NCBI GenBank assembly: GCA_964016885.1
Contig: OZ024741.1
Coordinates: forward strand, 222,332,001-222,396,000
Reading direction: 5' to 3'
From: Eledone cirrhosa
Taxonomy: Eukaryota
Length of the DNA: 64,000 nucleotides
Of this stretch, positions 24,127-35,929 are shown piece after piece. A program made the translations under genes and the position numbers. Below the pieces are notes generated by a model. It made no database searches, was not told the origin of the DNA, and was given only the letters and a program-made list of their open reading frames with translations. Positions within the stretch are counted from its first letter, which is position 1. Each line of letters opens with the position of its first letter.

Positions 24127-26660
24127 TCATCATCATCATCGTTTAACGTCCATCTTCCACGCTTGCATGGGTTTGGACGGGAGTTTTCCCACTTGAGGCA
24201 AGATTGGTTGTCCTGCTCATATAGGACTGTCTGGCAGGTTTTCTATGGCTGGATGCCCTTCCTAACACCAACCACGTTTACAGTGTGGACTGGGAGGTTT
24301 TTACCGTGTTACCTACACGGCCACATAACAGCGTGGACTGTGTGTTTTTTTTGTCGTGACACCTACACGACCTCATTTGTTTCGGACTGGATGTTGTGGT
24401 AGCAACATAACTTCACATTGAAGGGGGTGGTGTGGATGGGGTGGAGGTAGTGGACCACGGGTGTATTTTTGTTAGAGGTGCCTACTGACTGTAGGTTTCG
24501 CTTTATACTTAGGTAGGGCGGGTCTTCTGTATTACTGTGTAGCGCCAAAGATCTCGGTCCAGTGACATTGTCTTGGAGAGGTGTAAGTGTGTGATGTTGG
24601 AATTTATCAAGTCGTCCCAGATTTTTCTGGGTCTGCCTACTCCGTGGCTACTGTCTACTTTTATTGCCCTGCACTTTTTATACAGCTGTTGTCTTTCATG
24701 TGCATCACGTGACCGTACCAACGTAGTCTTCTCTCGAGTAAACAACATCTGATCCTTCTTATTCCTAATTTCTCCCTTAGTTCGTTTATGCTTTGCCGTT
24801 CACGTATATTACTATTACACATCCAGCAGAGCATGCAAGCTTTGTTCCTCTCCAGTCTGCGTATATCCTCTGCACACAATGCCCAGGTCTCACTGATATG
24901 TAACATTGGTGTTCGTATGCAGGCATCATACAGCCTGCCTTTCATTTTTAGAGAGAACCCTTTAGCGGCCAATAGTGGTATAAGCTCTCTGAACTTTTTC
25001 CATCCCGTTCTGACTCTAGTTACTGTACTTTCAGAGCACCCACCTCCACTGCTAATTCAGTCACCTAGGTAGCAGAAGATGTCCACTATTTCTATAGAAC
25101 CATCTGTGCAATGGAATGAACTAGTATTCTGTAGGCACTTGCTGCTACTTATTGCACCAGAGCACCGGCCACATATAAAATCTATATTCTTAGTTAGCTT
25201 ACCTGTAATCCCACTACATCTTTTATGCACCCATACTTTGCATTTGGGACATAAAATGGAGTTTCTGCCTACTCCTTTTCTACACACTGAGCATGGCCAT
25301 TTCCCAGATGGGACCGGTGCTCTATTTTCCTTCCTACAAACTAGAACTTTAGTCTTAGACAAGTTAACTTTAAGGCCTTTTGATTCTAGGCCATGCTTCC
25401 ATGTTTGGAATTTCTTCTCTAGTTCAGCCATTGATTCAGCTATGAGCGTTAGATCATCTGCATATAGGAGTTCCCATGGGCAGCCGGTCTTGAACTCCTC
25501 CGTTATAGCCTGAAGGGCAATAATAAATAGTAGGGGGCTAAGAAATGAGCCCTGATGAACACTGACTTTTACGCTAAACTCTTCACTATATTCGTTGTTT
25601 ATTCTAACCTTGCTGACTGTTTCTTTATACATGGCTTGTATAGCTCTCACAAGCCATTCATCAACACCTAGTTTTCTAAGAGCCCACCAGATAATGGAGC
25701 GGGGGACTCTGTCAAAGGCTTTCTCCAAGTCAACAAAAGCTAAGTATAGGAGTTTACTTTTAGCTAGGTACTTCTGTAGTTGTCGTACAATGAAAAGAGC
25801 ATCTGTGGTACCTTTACCTGACACAAAGCCGAACTGCATTTCATCTAGATCAATTCTTTCTCTGATTAGTTGCGCTATTACTTTTTCTGTGACCTTCATA
25901 ACCTGGTCGATTAATTTAATGCCTCTATAGTTACCCCTATCTAGGGCATCTCCTTTACCCTTGTAGCAGTTAATGATGATGCTGCTATGCCAGTCCTTCG
26001 GAACGGCCCCATTCTGTATGACTTGGTTTACTATCCGGGTGACCATAGTGTGTCCCACCGTTCCAGATGCTTTCAGCATTTCAGCAACTATTTCCGAAGG
26101 CCCAGCCGCCTTACTCGTCTTCATATCTTTGATTGCCTTACTTATTATACTACCTTCAACTAGCACTGCTGGTCCCTCTATTGGATCGATGTGGGGGAGA
26201 CTGTCTTTCTCCCATTTATTCTCCTCAGTTAGTAGCCTTTCGTAGTGACACTTCCAAGCTACCTTCTTATCAGCGTCAGTGATGGCAAGTACACCATCAT
26301 CATTAAGGACACACTTCTCCCCGACAATATCACAGTTTTCCTTGACACATTGCCTAGCAATCCTGAACACCTCACGTTTTTGGTCCTCGCGTTGTAGAAC
26401 ATGCTTGAACTTTCTTTCCTCTGCTTCCCTTCTTGCGAAGTACACTTGTCTCCTAGCTTCCCTCCTGGCCACTTGATAGTCTTCTCTACATTCCCCATCC
26501 CGCCATACTTTCCAAGCCTTCTTTTTGGCCTTAATTGACTCCTCCACCTTACTGTTCCACCACCACGTTACTCTCCTCCTGCCTATAGGCCTGCTCCAGC
26601 TACAGACTTCATCTGCTGCCTTCAGCAGGTTAGCTTTCAGGAATTCCCACTGTTCCTCTC
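24123..26660 (-). mobile_element. RTE-clade LINE, 5'-truncated, with nearly complete RT
   Basis: 496-aa ORF 25057-26547 with KGKGD..NYRGIKL, QFGF, FVDLEKAFD, HQGSFLSPLLF and YADD; frameshifted continuation to about 24510; long 3'UTR and (GAT)n tail. Confidence 0.97.
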
Positions 26661-26670
26661 TATATATATA

Positions 26671-27784
26671 TAAGAAAGTAAGTCCATAGAATCATTTGAT
26701 AAAATATATACAGTATTTATTCTCCCAATCAGCATAATCAACCACATAAAAAATCATTTAAACGAGGCTGTACGTTTAAAATGTACCTATGAAGAAATAA
26801 TAGAAAAATAAATGATAGCTTTTTATCCGCGATCCACAGCCACAGAAGATTTACCTAGTATTTCTGATAGCCTGTAGAAATTGACTAGACATATAGTTAA
26901 CCATATTGATTGGGAGAAGAAATACTGTATATATTTTATCAAATGATTCTATGGACTTACTTTCTGATATATTGCTCTGATTGTTGATTATTTAATTAAT
27001 TAATTCGTCATTGAGCCACACCGTGAATGGTTGCCAAAAACATATATATATATCTATGGCTCTGTCTAGTTTATGTGTATGTAAACTTCTATATTTTATA
27101 TACTCCCGTAAGGTTGAGTAAAACTTTAGGCAGTATCCGGCTGCGCTTTCTAGCAACCAGCCTACTCGCTGTCAGGCACCAATCACAAGCTTTCTGACTT
27201 GACCACTGGCCATGTGACAATTCTTAGCCATTTTGAATTCGTTTCTGGTGGGGATCATTTAAGAAAAATCTTTGTCCAATTGAGTTTGTCTCCTGATGAT
27301 TTCGAAACTCGTTGATTTATCCATGATCGGATATTTCAAAAAAGTGAATGTAACCTCCGGGGGTAGAGATATGATTTTGGTATGTTTATGTACATTTTTT
27401 CTTCTAACTTTGATTTTGTACCTAATTGTGTTGGTTAACTATATGTCTAGTCAATTTCTACAGGCTATCAGAAATACTAGGTAAATCTACTGTGGCTGTG
27501 GATCGTGGATAAAAAGCTATCATTTATTTATCTATTGTTTCTTCATAGGTACATTTTAAACTTATAGCCTCGTTTAATTGATTTTTTATGTGGTTGATTA
27601 TGCTGATTGGGAGAATAAATACTGTATATATTTTATCAAATGATTCTATGGACTTACTTTCTTATATATTGCTCTGATTGTTGATTATTTAATTAATTAA
27701 TTCGTCATTGAGCCACACCATGAATGGTTGCCAAAAACATATATATATATCTATGGCTCTGTCTAGTTTATGTGTATGTAAACT

Positions 27785-27790
<6 letters not shown>
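26671..27790 (+). mobile_element. Penelope-like fold-back element with inverted plus partial tandem terminal repeats
   Basis: 26671-26903 is the reverse complement of about 27432-27665; 26907-27092 is a direct copy of 27605-27790; (TA)n on both sides. Confidence 0.7.
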
Positions 27791-27811
<21 letters not shown>

Positions 27812-27816
<5 letters not shown>

Positions 27817-28145
27817 TATTTATTTATGTTCATACACAGAACAAGAAAGAACTACCTTAAGTTTCAAGGTACAGTTATGGTCATCTTTCCAGAATTTGCA
27901 AGGTGGTGCAGAATGTGTGGAGGGCAATCAAAATTGTGACCTAGTCATCAGGCGCCTGATGACTAGGTTATGATTTTAAACACTCATCCATATATTTTGC
28001 ACCATCTTGTACATTCTGGGAAGATGGCCATAACTGGACCTTGAAACTTAAGGTAGCACTTTCTTGTTCTGAGTATGAACATAAATAAATAATATATCAG
28101 CTCTCACACTAGATCGAGTACTGTTTTTTTTAAATTCCTTTTTCA
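27812..28145 (+). mobile_element. Hammerhead-bearing fold-back element
   Basis: Diverged palindrome 27812-28097 centred on GTCATCAGGCGCCTGATGAC; 3' extension with TCGAGTACT; left end in (TA)n. Confidence 0.75.
27952..28059 (+). ncRNA. Type-I hammerhead ribozyme motif, long stem II
   Basis: GCGC-CUGAUGA-(about 80 nt, with GUUAUG/CAUAAC pairing)-GAAAC-UUAAG-GUA-GCAC; stem I has one mismatch. Confidence 0.6.
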
Positions 28146-28939
28146 CATCCATGCATATTTTTTGCTACCTGTATGCTCATCCAGTGCCATAACAAGTAAA
28201 GCACCCAGTCCACCCTGTAAAGCAGTCATGTTGGTGATATGAAAAAAAAAAGCATCTAGCCACCCTGTAAGGTGGTTGTGCTGGTGACACAACAAAAAAA
28301 CATCCAGCCCACCCTGTTAGATGTTAGTTTTGGTACCACGATAAAAAAGCACCCAGTCCATACTGTAACTAGGTTGGCATTAGGAAGGGTATGTAACTGG
28401 AGAAACTAAACCAATATGCAGATCTGTATGAGCAAGACGTGGGTTGTCACTTGACCTAACTTGTTTCATAATGTGACAACCCATCTAACCAATGGCAAGC
28501 ACGGAAAAATAAACGTTGAATGGTGGTGGGGATGATGATGAGGATGATGACACAGACATACACACACATATATATACATACATATAAATATATATATATA
28601 TGTCTGTGTGCATGTGTGTGTGTGTATAACAACAGTAAAAAGTTGAAAGATCAAGAGAGTAAGGTTATACCACCAAATTTTCAAGTTCGGTGTAGTTCAA
28701 CAATCTTAAAGAGAATGAATCAATTCATCCATATGGAATAAGGAATTAAACTTTGAGTAAAATAATCTGGGGGTGTTGTACAAATGCGGGTGCACAGAGC
28801 ATTTAAATAATAAATAAACAAGAATGATGAAGAAATTTAAGACATTTTATTACACCTGTTTTATTACAACAAGAGAAATATTAAATAAAGAAATGGCAAG
28901 AATTTCACTTAAGCTTTAATTTCAATATTCAGAAATATA

Positions 28940-30570
28940 TCTGTAGATCCAAGCACAAATACTTCGGCATTCATATAGAGACATCAAGGCAACAAGAAGA
29001 TGACCATCAATCCCATACTCCTGTACAGCCTTCAAAACCATTCAATGTGGGTATCTGACTCCGCCAAGGATGTGTACTGTCACCTCTCCTGTTCGTTATT
29101 TACATGAACAGGATTGACATGCGCAGCTGGGTTGGAAGTGGTATCATGACTTTCGAGTGTAAAATCAGTTGGCTGGAATTTGCAGATGAAATAGTGTTAC
29201 TCAACTCGACAGAAGATGATCTTCAACTTGCACAAGTGATGCCAAGTGCTGCATGGTTGAAATGAAAATCAGTGTTGCAAAAACTGAGTCACTCATCCTC
29301 TCAAGGATACTTATGCATTGACCGCTACATGTGAATGAAGTTCCACTGAAGCAGGTAGAGAAGTTCAAGTATCTCAGGGCAATGGCACTATTTTATTATT
29401 GTGGAGTAATTTGGTTGTGCTTTGTCACTCGCCAGCCCTTAGGGTTGGTTGCGTATGAATACAAAAGACGACTTCCACCCAGCAGCTGCTTCACGCCTTT
29501 TTTCAGTTCTAACTACCAGTTGCGCCTTGCCTTTCATCGACGCCAGCAGCTCACAAATAGCCTTCCCAGTCGAAGCAAGCACCATCTTTCGAAACTAGCA
29601 AGCAGTTGCTGTTTGCATTTCGTCGACACCAGCAACTCCCAAATGGCTTCCCCGGTCGATTCACCATCTTTTAAAACTACCTAGCAGTTACATTCGGGAT
29701 TTTCTACGGAGCAGTAATGCGTAACTGGTTTCCTGATTTTCTTCGGAGAATTACATTTATCATTCATGCAATATGTTTACAACACTTTACTCGCCTTGTA
29801 CTTGTATTAATATGAAGAAGAAAATAAATCTTTATTATGTTTGGAAATATGCCTTCTGATCTTTTCCTCAACCATGAAACATAAACACGCAGCCTTACAT
29901 TTATATCTTCTTTAAGGATATAATCTCTGCTACCAATATAGACTTCAGTTAATCTCCTTTCGCTAAAGCCATGTTTACGAGTGATGTAAAGCAGGAGGCT
30001 GAATTAAGTGCAAGAATTGCAAAAGCTGGTACAATAATGCTCCAGCTTCTGCATTCAATAATCAGAAAAAGGGAGGTGGTGTAAAATCCAAACTCGTGAT
30101 CTTCAATTTGGTAATTGTTCCAGCCCTTACCTATGGTCATGAATCTTGGGTAATGACGAAAGAATATGATCATGAATACAAGAGGCTGAAATGGGGTTCC
30201 TCTGAAGGGTCTTTGGAGTAACATTACTCAATAAATGAAGTGCATAGCTCGGAGATCAAAGAGTCATTCCAGGTAGAGCTGCTACATCTCTGAATTGAGA
30301 GAGCACAGCTCTGATACTATGGGCATGTGGTTAGAATGCCTCAGCAAAGAATCGCTGGATAGATTTGACAGGCAAAAGCAACAGGTAGGAGACCCAGGGT
30401 AGACTCTGAGCAAGATGGTTGGATAATATCCATGAGCTTGGCTGGGGATATTTGGGGATCCAGCTGTATCAGTTGGAGATAGTTGCATCTGACAGGACCC
30501 ACTGGAGGGAGTGTTTGAGGACTCTGTCCACATGACCCTCTCAGGAATAAGTGGGCAAAGAAGAAAAACA
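28940..30570 (+). mobile_element. Degenerate RTE-clade LINE, second family with (GAA)n tail, interrupted at about 29380-29968
   Basis: KPFNVGI*LRQGCVLSPLLFVIYM, EFADE, VEKFKYL, LTYGHESWVM; tail GACCCTCTCAGGAATAAGTGGGC shared with 30975-31050 and 37780-37835. Confidence 0.85.
29400..29899 (+). mobile_element. Probable solo LTR
   Basis: 500-bp insert with TGT...ACA ends, imperfect 5-bp flanks ATTAT/TTTAT, TATA-like TACAAAAG near 29460 and AATAAA at 29823; it interrupts a LINE. Confidence 0.6.
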
Positions 30571-30587
30571 ATACATATATATATATA

Positions 30588-30767
30588 AGTTATTCTGGGT
30601 TGAATCGGAGGTAACCACAGTAAGTAAAGTACTGAATACATTGCAGAGTATAAAAGTTTTAATATAGAAGAGCTTCTACAGGACTAGAACTGTTTCATTC
30701 GTGAGAAATCGTCAGGAAGCTTTGATGATTTCCCACGAATGAAACAGTTCTAGTCCTGTAGAAGCTC

Positions 30768-30770
<3 letters not shown>
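30588..30770 (-). mobile_element. Hammerhead-bearing fold-back element
   Basis: Palindrome 30667-30770 centred on AAGCTT; minus-strand 3' extension with TTCAGTACT ends at (TA)n. Confidence 0.8.
30672..30720 (-). ncRNA. Type-I hammerhead ribozyme motif
   Basis: GCUUC-CUGACGA-UUUCUCACGAAU-GAAAC-AG(UUCUAGUC)CU-GUA-GAAGC: perfect 5-bp stem I and 4-bp stem III. The mirror copy on + at 30719-30765 has UUGAUGA. Confidence 0.8.
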
Positions 30771-30845
<75 letters not shown>

Positions 30846-31244
30846 CGAAGGTGAAAGTATAGGTGAATAAAGTTATGCAAAGTTTCAAACTGAATATAGT
30901 TCAACACTCAGTAAAGAAAACGAATCGATTCATCAATGGTATAATCCATATGGAATAAGGAATTAATTGGAGATGGTTGCTTCTGGCAGGACCCGCTGGA
31001 GGGAGTGTTTGAGGTCTCTGCCCCCACGACCCTCTCAGGAATAAGTGGGCGAAGAAGAAAAGAAGAAGAGAAGATATCTGTAGATCACAATCTGAGCATT
31101 AAATCATACAAAAGTGGAGTAGGAAGTCTTCTGGAGAAAAAATTCGAAACATCACAACATTATGAGTTACTGATTTTAGAAACACACAGGGCTTAATATA
31201 TATATATATATGGGTATATATATGGAGGCATATATATATATGGA

Positions 31245-31580
31245 GGCACATGGCTTAGTGGTTAGAGCATTGGCCTTGCAATTGAAAGGTTGTGAGTTCA
31301 ATTCTCAGACCGGGTGATGTGTTGTTTCCTTGAGCAAGACACTTTATTTCACATTGCTCCAGTTTACTCAGCTGTAGAAATGAGATGATAGGGACTGAGG
31401 TCCATATCATTCCACTGCAAAGTGGTCGTGGAGGTGCCACGGCAAAAAAGCACCCAGCACTCACTGTAAATGAGGTTGGTGTTAGGAAGGGCATCCTGCT
31501 GTAGAAATCAAGCCAGAATCAGTTCCCGTCCCACCCTTGCAAGCAGGGAAAAGCGGACGTAAAATGATGATGATGATGAT
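31245..31580 (+). mobile_element. Composite tRNA-SINE with RTE-derived 3' half
   Basis: TGGCTTAGTGG A-box, GAGTTCAATTC B-box, CCTTGAGCAAGACACTT central domain, RTE UTR segment and short-type tail; near-identical copy at 44190-44522 (-). Confidence 0.85.
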
Positions 31581-31597
31581 ATATGTGTTCTATTTTC

Positions 31598-31633
<36 letters not shown>

Positions 31634-31926
31634 GTGTTAAGAAGGGCATCCAGCTGTAGAAATCAAGCCAGAATCAGTTCCTGTATGAGCAAGAAATATA
31701 TATATATATCATCATCATCATCACCGTTTTACGTCCGTTCTTCCACGCTAGCATGGGTTAGACGGGTTGTCCTGTTGTGGGCAGTGTCTGGTCGGCTGAC
31801 CATGCCTTGCTCATACAGGAACTGATTCTGGCTTGATTTCTACAGCTGGATGCCCTTCTTAACACCAACATATATATATATATATATATAAATGAAAATA
31901 GAACATATATATATATATATATATAT

Positions 31927-32144
31927 AGTTATGTAATAAACAACATAAGATAATTATTTCATTTACCACTGGTTTCTTGAAGACAGATATTTATATCTGT
32001 CTTCAGTCGAATCTGACAACTGAAGACAGATCACTGGTAAATGAATTAATTATCTTATGTTGTTTATCACATAACTAAAAAGCTCTGTAGCCTACATAGA
32101 GCACTCTCTTTTCCTTTACCTTTCCTACGGAAATACTTCATTCA
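31927..32144 (+). mobile_element. Fold-back element with a rearranged hammerhead motif
   Basis: Inverted arms about 31927-31972 / 32031-32076; minus strand reads CUGAAGA-CAGAU..AUCUG..GAAAC-CAGUG-GUA; (TA)n on both sides. Confidence 0.7.
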
Positions 32145-32162
32145 TATATATATATATATATA

Positions 32163-32812
32163 TCATCCTCATCATCATCATCATCGTTTAACGTCTATCT
32201 TCCACGCTAGCATGGGTTTAGACGGGAATTGTCCCACGTGAGGTAAGATTGGTTGTCTTGCTCGTATAGGACACTCTGGCGGCTTTTCTACGGCTGGATG
32301 CCCTTCCTAACACCAACCACGTTTACAGTGTGGTCTAGGAGGTTTTTACCGTGTTACCTACACGGCCACATTACAGCGTGGACTGTGTGTTTTTGTCGTG
32401 ACACCTACACGACCTCATTTATTTAGGACTGGATGTTGTGGTACCAACATAACTTTACAGAAAAAAAAGGGTGGTGTAGATGGGGGTGGCGTAGAGGTAG
32501 TGGGATGGGGGTGTATTTTTGGTTAGGAGGTGCCTACTGACTGTAGGTTTCGCTTTGTACTTAGGCAAGGCGAGTTTTCTGTATTACTGCGTAGCACCAA
32601 AGATCTCGGTCCAGTGACATTGTCTTGGAGAGGTGTAAGTGTGTAAGGTCGGAATTTATCAAATCGTCCCAGGTTTTTCTGGGTCTGCCTACTCTGTAGC
32701 TTCCATCTATTTTGATCACCCTGCACTTTTTTATACAGCTGTCGTCCTTCATGTGCATCACGTGACCATACCAACATAGTCTTCTCTCAAGTAAACAGCA
32801 TCTGATCCCTCT
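32163..32812 (-). mobile_element. RTE LINE 3' fragment, long-UTR subfamily
   Basis: Colinear with 24123-24760; translation HMKDDSCIKKCRVI...GRPRKTWDDLINSDL. Confidence 0.92.
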
Positions 32813-33013
32813 TATATATATATATATATATATAAAACCATCATCATTTTTACGTCCACTTTTCCTTGGTGGTATGGATTGAACAGGATGGTTTAAGACA
32901 ATTTTTAGTCACCTCTGGGATATGGTGTATACTTATTCTAAAAACTGGGGTATTTATTCATATCTTTCTGTTTTGACAATCAATCAAATGTACAGTTTTA
33001 TCATTAAATTACA

Positions 33014-33526
33014 CATCTATATATATAAAACTGTAGTTGTCTGTGTGTGTGTGTGTGTCCTAATTTTTGCACAGTCTATACAAATCCACATTTCTACTCC
33101 GATTGACTTCAAACTTGCATTTATATATTCCTTGCGGTCTAAAGATATTAACTGCAGCTTTTATTTTTCAATTTTCTGTTGTTAAAGGGGTGTTAGGCAC
33201 CGGTTATCCATCTCCATCGCGCTCTTATAATATCTGTCTGTATGCTTGGCTGTCTGCATCACGACATTCTGACGAACATTGATGACGTATTATGTTCGCT
33301 ATTCTCCGTTCATTGCAAGGGAACGTCTTCACGAACCAAAGTATCGTCTTCCTGTTTTCCTTCGGTTGCAACGTTTTTCGAAATATTTACTTCTGCGTTC
33401 ACAGGTTTATGTTTTTAGTTTCAGAAGATCCCGTTAAGGGTGAAAGCAACGATTCTTTGCTTAAGCTTTAATCTGTTATTTTAATCTATATATGTATATA
33501 TATAAAACTGAGGGAGGATGTATGTT

Positions 33527-33568
<42 letters not shown>

Positions 33569-34143
33569 TGAAACCCAAGAAGTACCCAACTGATCTTTTT
33601 CAAACTTTACATGTGTATTACTTATATTTCAGGGAGTGTTATGCATATAAAAAAATTCAACTTTTTGATCCCTTAGGTGAAAAACTGCGTTTTTTCCAGC
33701 TTTTTAGGGTTTTTTTGAGGCGTTACGTCAGACCGATTTCCTTGAAATTGTAACTATGTATTAGTCAGTTTCTTCTTCATACCATCAGCAAAGAAAATCC
33801 AACTTTTTTATGGCCTAGAGCCCGCATTAGGTGAAAAACTTTATTTTTTTCATCTTTTTAGGGCTTTTTTGAGGCGTTACGTCTAGCTGATTTTCCCGAA
33901 ATTTCAAGGCATATCAGGCACATAAAAAAAATTCATTTTCTTGATCCCCTACGACCTGCATTAGGTGAAAACCTGCCTTTTTCCTGCTTCATCGAGGAAA
34001 ATCTTAGATTATCCAGCCATCAGAGTATTCGGTTTATTTTCTTTACATATTGTCCAGGCATGCAGTTTTTCCATAATTAGGTCTGTTGGCGGCCCGCGTT
34101 CCAAAATACCTTACCTGTGCAACGCCGGGTACCACTGATAGTA
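33014..34143 (+). mobile_element. Non-autonomous Helitron-type element(s)
   Basis: Two starts of the form ATCTATATATATAAAACTG plus (GT)n (33014, 33485); 3' end GCAACGCCGGGTACCACTGATAG; internal subrepeats; homologous to 53703-54335. Confidence 0.75.
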
Positions 34144-35447
34144 TATATATATACATATCCACAAACACAGACACAGTAATGTATGCTCCCCAATCCTCTC
34201 TCAAAGTATAATTTGATTTTTTTTTCTTTTTGTTCCCTTTAATAGTATGTTTTGTTTTTGCACAAACAGTTTTATCAAATAAACTTAACCCCTTAAAAAA
34301 ATAAAAAAATCTGTAAATTGGAAAAAAAAACCCCATTGTGTGACATTTATGGCATTGTCAAGGACAGACAGTGGCCAGAAACCAAAACATTGTAGGATTT
34401 ACAGAAATTCCTCCTCTCCACCACCATCACCACCATTCCAAGGAGAGCAGTTTATATATTTACATTACATGATATCTAAAACTGCTCCAATGGCTGTTAA
34501 GTTATTTCCAAGTGTCATTAAGCTATTTATAATTAAAATAAACTATGCAAAACATCAGTGATCTGACAAGTTAGCTTACAAAGTTTGGAATCTATAAAAA
34601 TATATACACATATATATGTATGCTTAGATATATGTGCGCGCTTGTAGCTTAGTGGTTAGAGAGTTTGGCTCACAATTGAAAAGTCATCAGTTTGATTCCT
34701 AGATCACTCAGCTGGCAAAAGTGAACCTGTAGATTCATGAAATTAACATGTAGGTGGCTGAAAATTCCAGAGAGATGTGTAACCTTAACATAGATCTCAG
34801 AGAGATTTTATGTAATACAAAGTGTGACAAAGCTGGCTCTTTGATTTACAGGTACACTCTACCTGCTGGGCTTCCAAACTCTTTCCTTTTTTTCCAATTC
34901 CACTCACAAGGCATGGGTCAACCTGGGGCTATAGTAAATGATACTTGCCTAAGATGCCACATGGTGGAATCGAACCCAGGACCTAATAATGGCAAAGGGA
35001 ACATCTTAACCATTCAGCCATACTGCATCCACTCAGACAAATGACTAAGAATGCTGCACTGCTACCTTACAAAGTGGATAGGGTATATTTTATCATGGCA
35101 TATGCATTACCACATTATAGGGTGGGCTAGGTGTTTTTATCATGGCATCAGCTCTGTCACCTTATAGGGTGGACTGGGTATATTTTATCATGGCACCAAA
35201 ACTACCTTCTTTCAACACTAAAGTAGCTATTGCATTTGTGTTGAGGTCGTAGAGGCAACGATTGAGGTGGAGGTGTAGGAGGAATGAGGAGGGCTGCTTG
35301 CTGAGGGTTGGAGGGGGTCGTCTAACCATGGGAGAGCAAGTGCCATGTCTTTAAGGTGTCATAGCTGTCATAGTTACCCGTGTCATAGAATAGAAAGGGT
35401 GCATAGTACTAGAAGGTAAGTTATCCAGCAGATGTTATTATTAACAC

Positions 35448-35632
35448 TTGGTAGTATCAGTAGAGGGTTGGACGCCATGCTTTCTAGCATAGTTACGTCC
35501 CTTTACGGTTTGAGTTCAAATCCCGTCGAGGTTAACTTTGCCTTTCATCCTTACGGGGTCGATAAAATAAAGTACCAGTAGTGTACTGGGTAATTGCTGG
35601 TCTTGTGCCAAAAGTAGAAACAGTTATTATTA
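35448..35632 (+). mobile_element. tRNA-derived SINE
   Basis: Full-length copy of the 8605 family. Confidence 0.85.
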
Positions 35633-35929
35633 ACACTTTTGTGACTTTATTTCGATTAATTAATGAAGAATTTTTTGTGATTTGCTGAAATTATTAATTA
35701 TTTCAGTATGAAGATAATAGTTTATCATATGGTTCTTATATAAAATTATGTTAAATTTTGATTTAAATAGAAACCATTTAAAATTAGTCGTTTTGTTTCA
35801 TAGAACCAGATCCAATTTTGAAAGGGTTGGAACCACATAAGTTAAAGATAAAAGAAAACGAAAGCATCTATGTTGAATTAATGAGAAATATACAAATAAT
35901 ACACTTGGACTATAATTTTAGATTTACAT

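Noticed and set aside
25057-26547. Active or domesticated reverse transcriptase gene
   Set aside because: 5'-truncated at a TA tract, lacks the endonuclease and is frameshifted downstream; an ordinary dead LINE copy.
31250-31315. tRNA genes at SINE heads
   Set aside because: A and B boxes are present but there is no convincing cloverleaf, and the sequence continues into SINE bodies.
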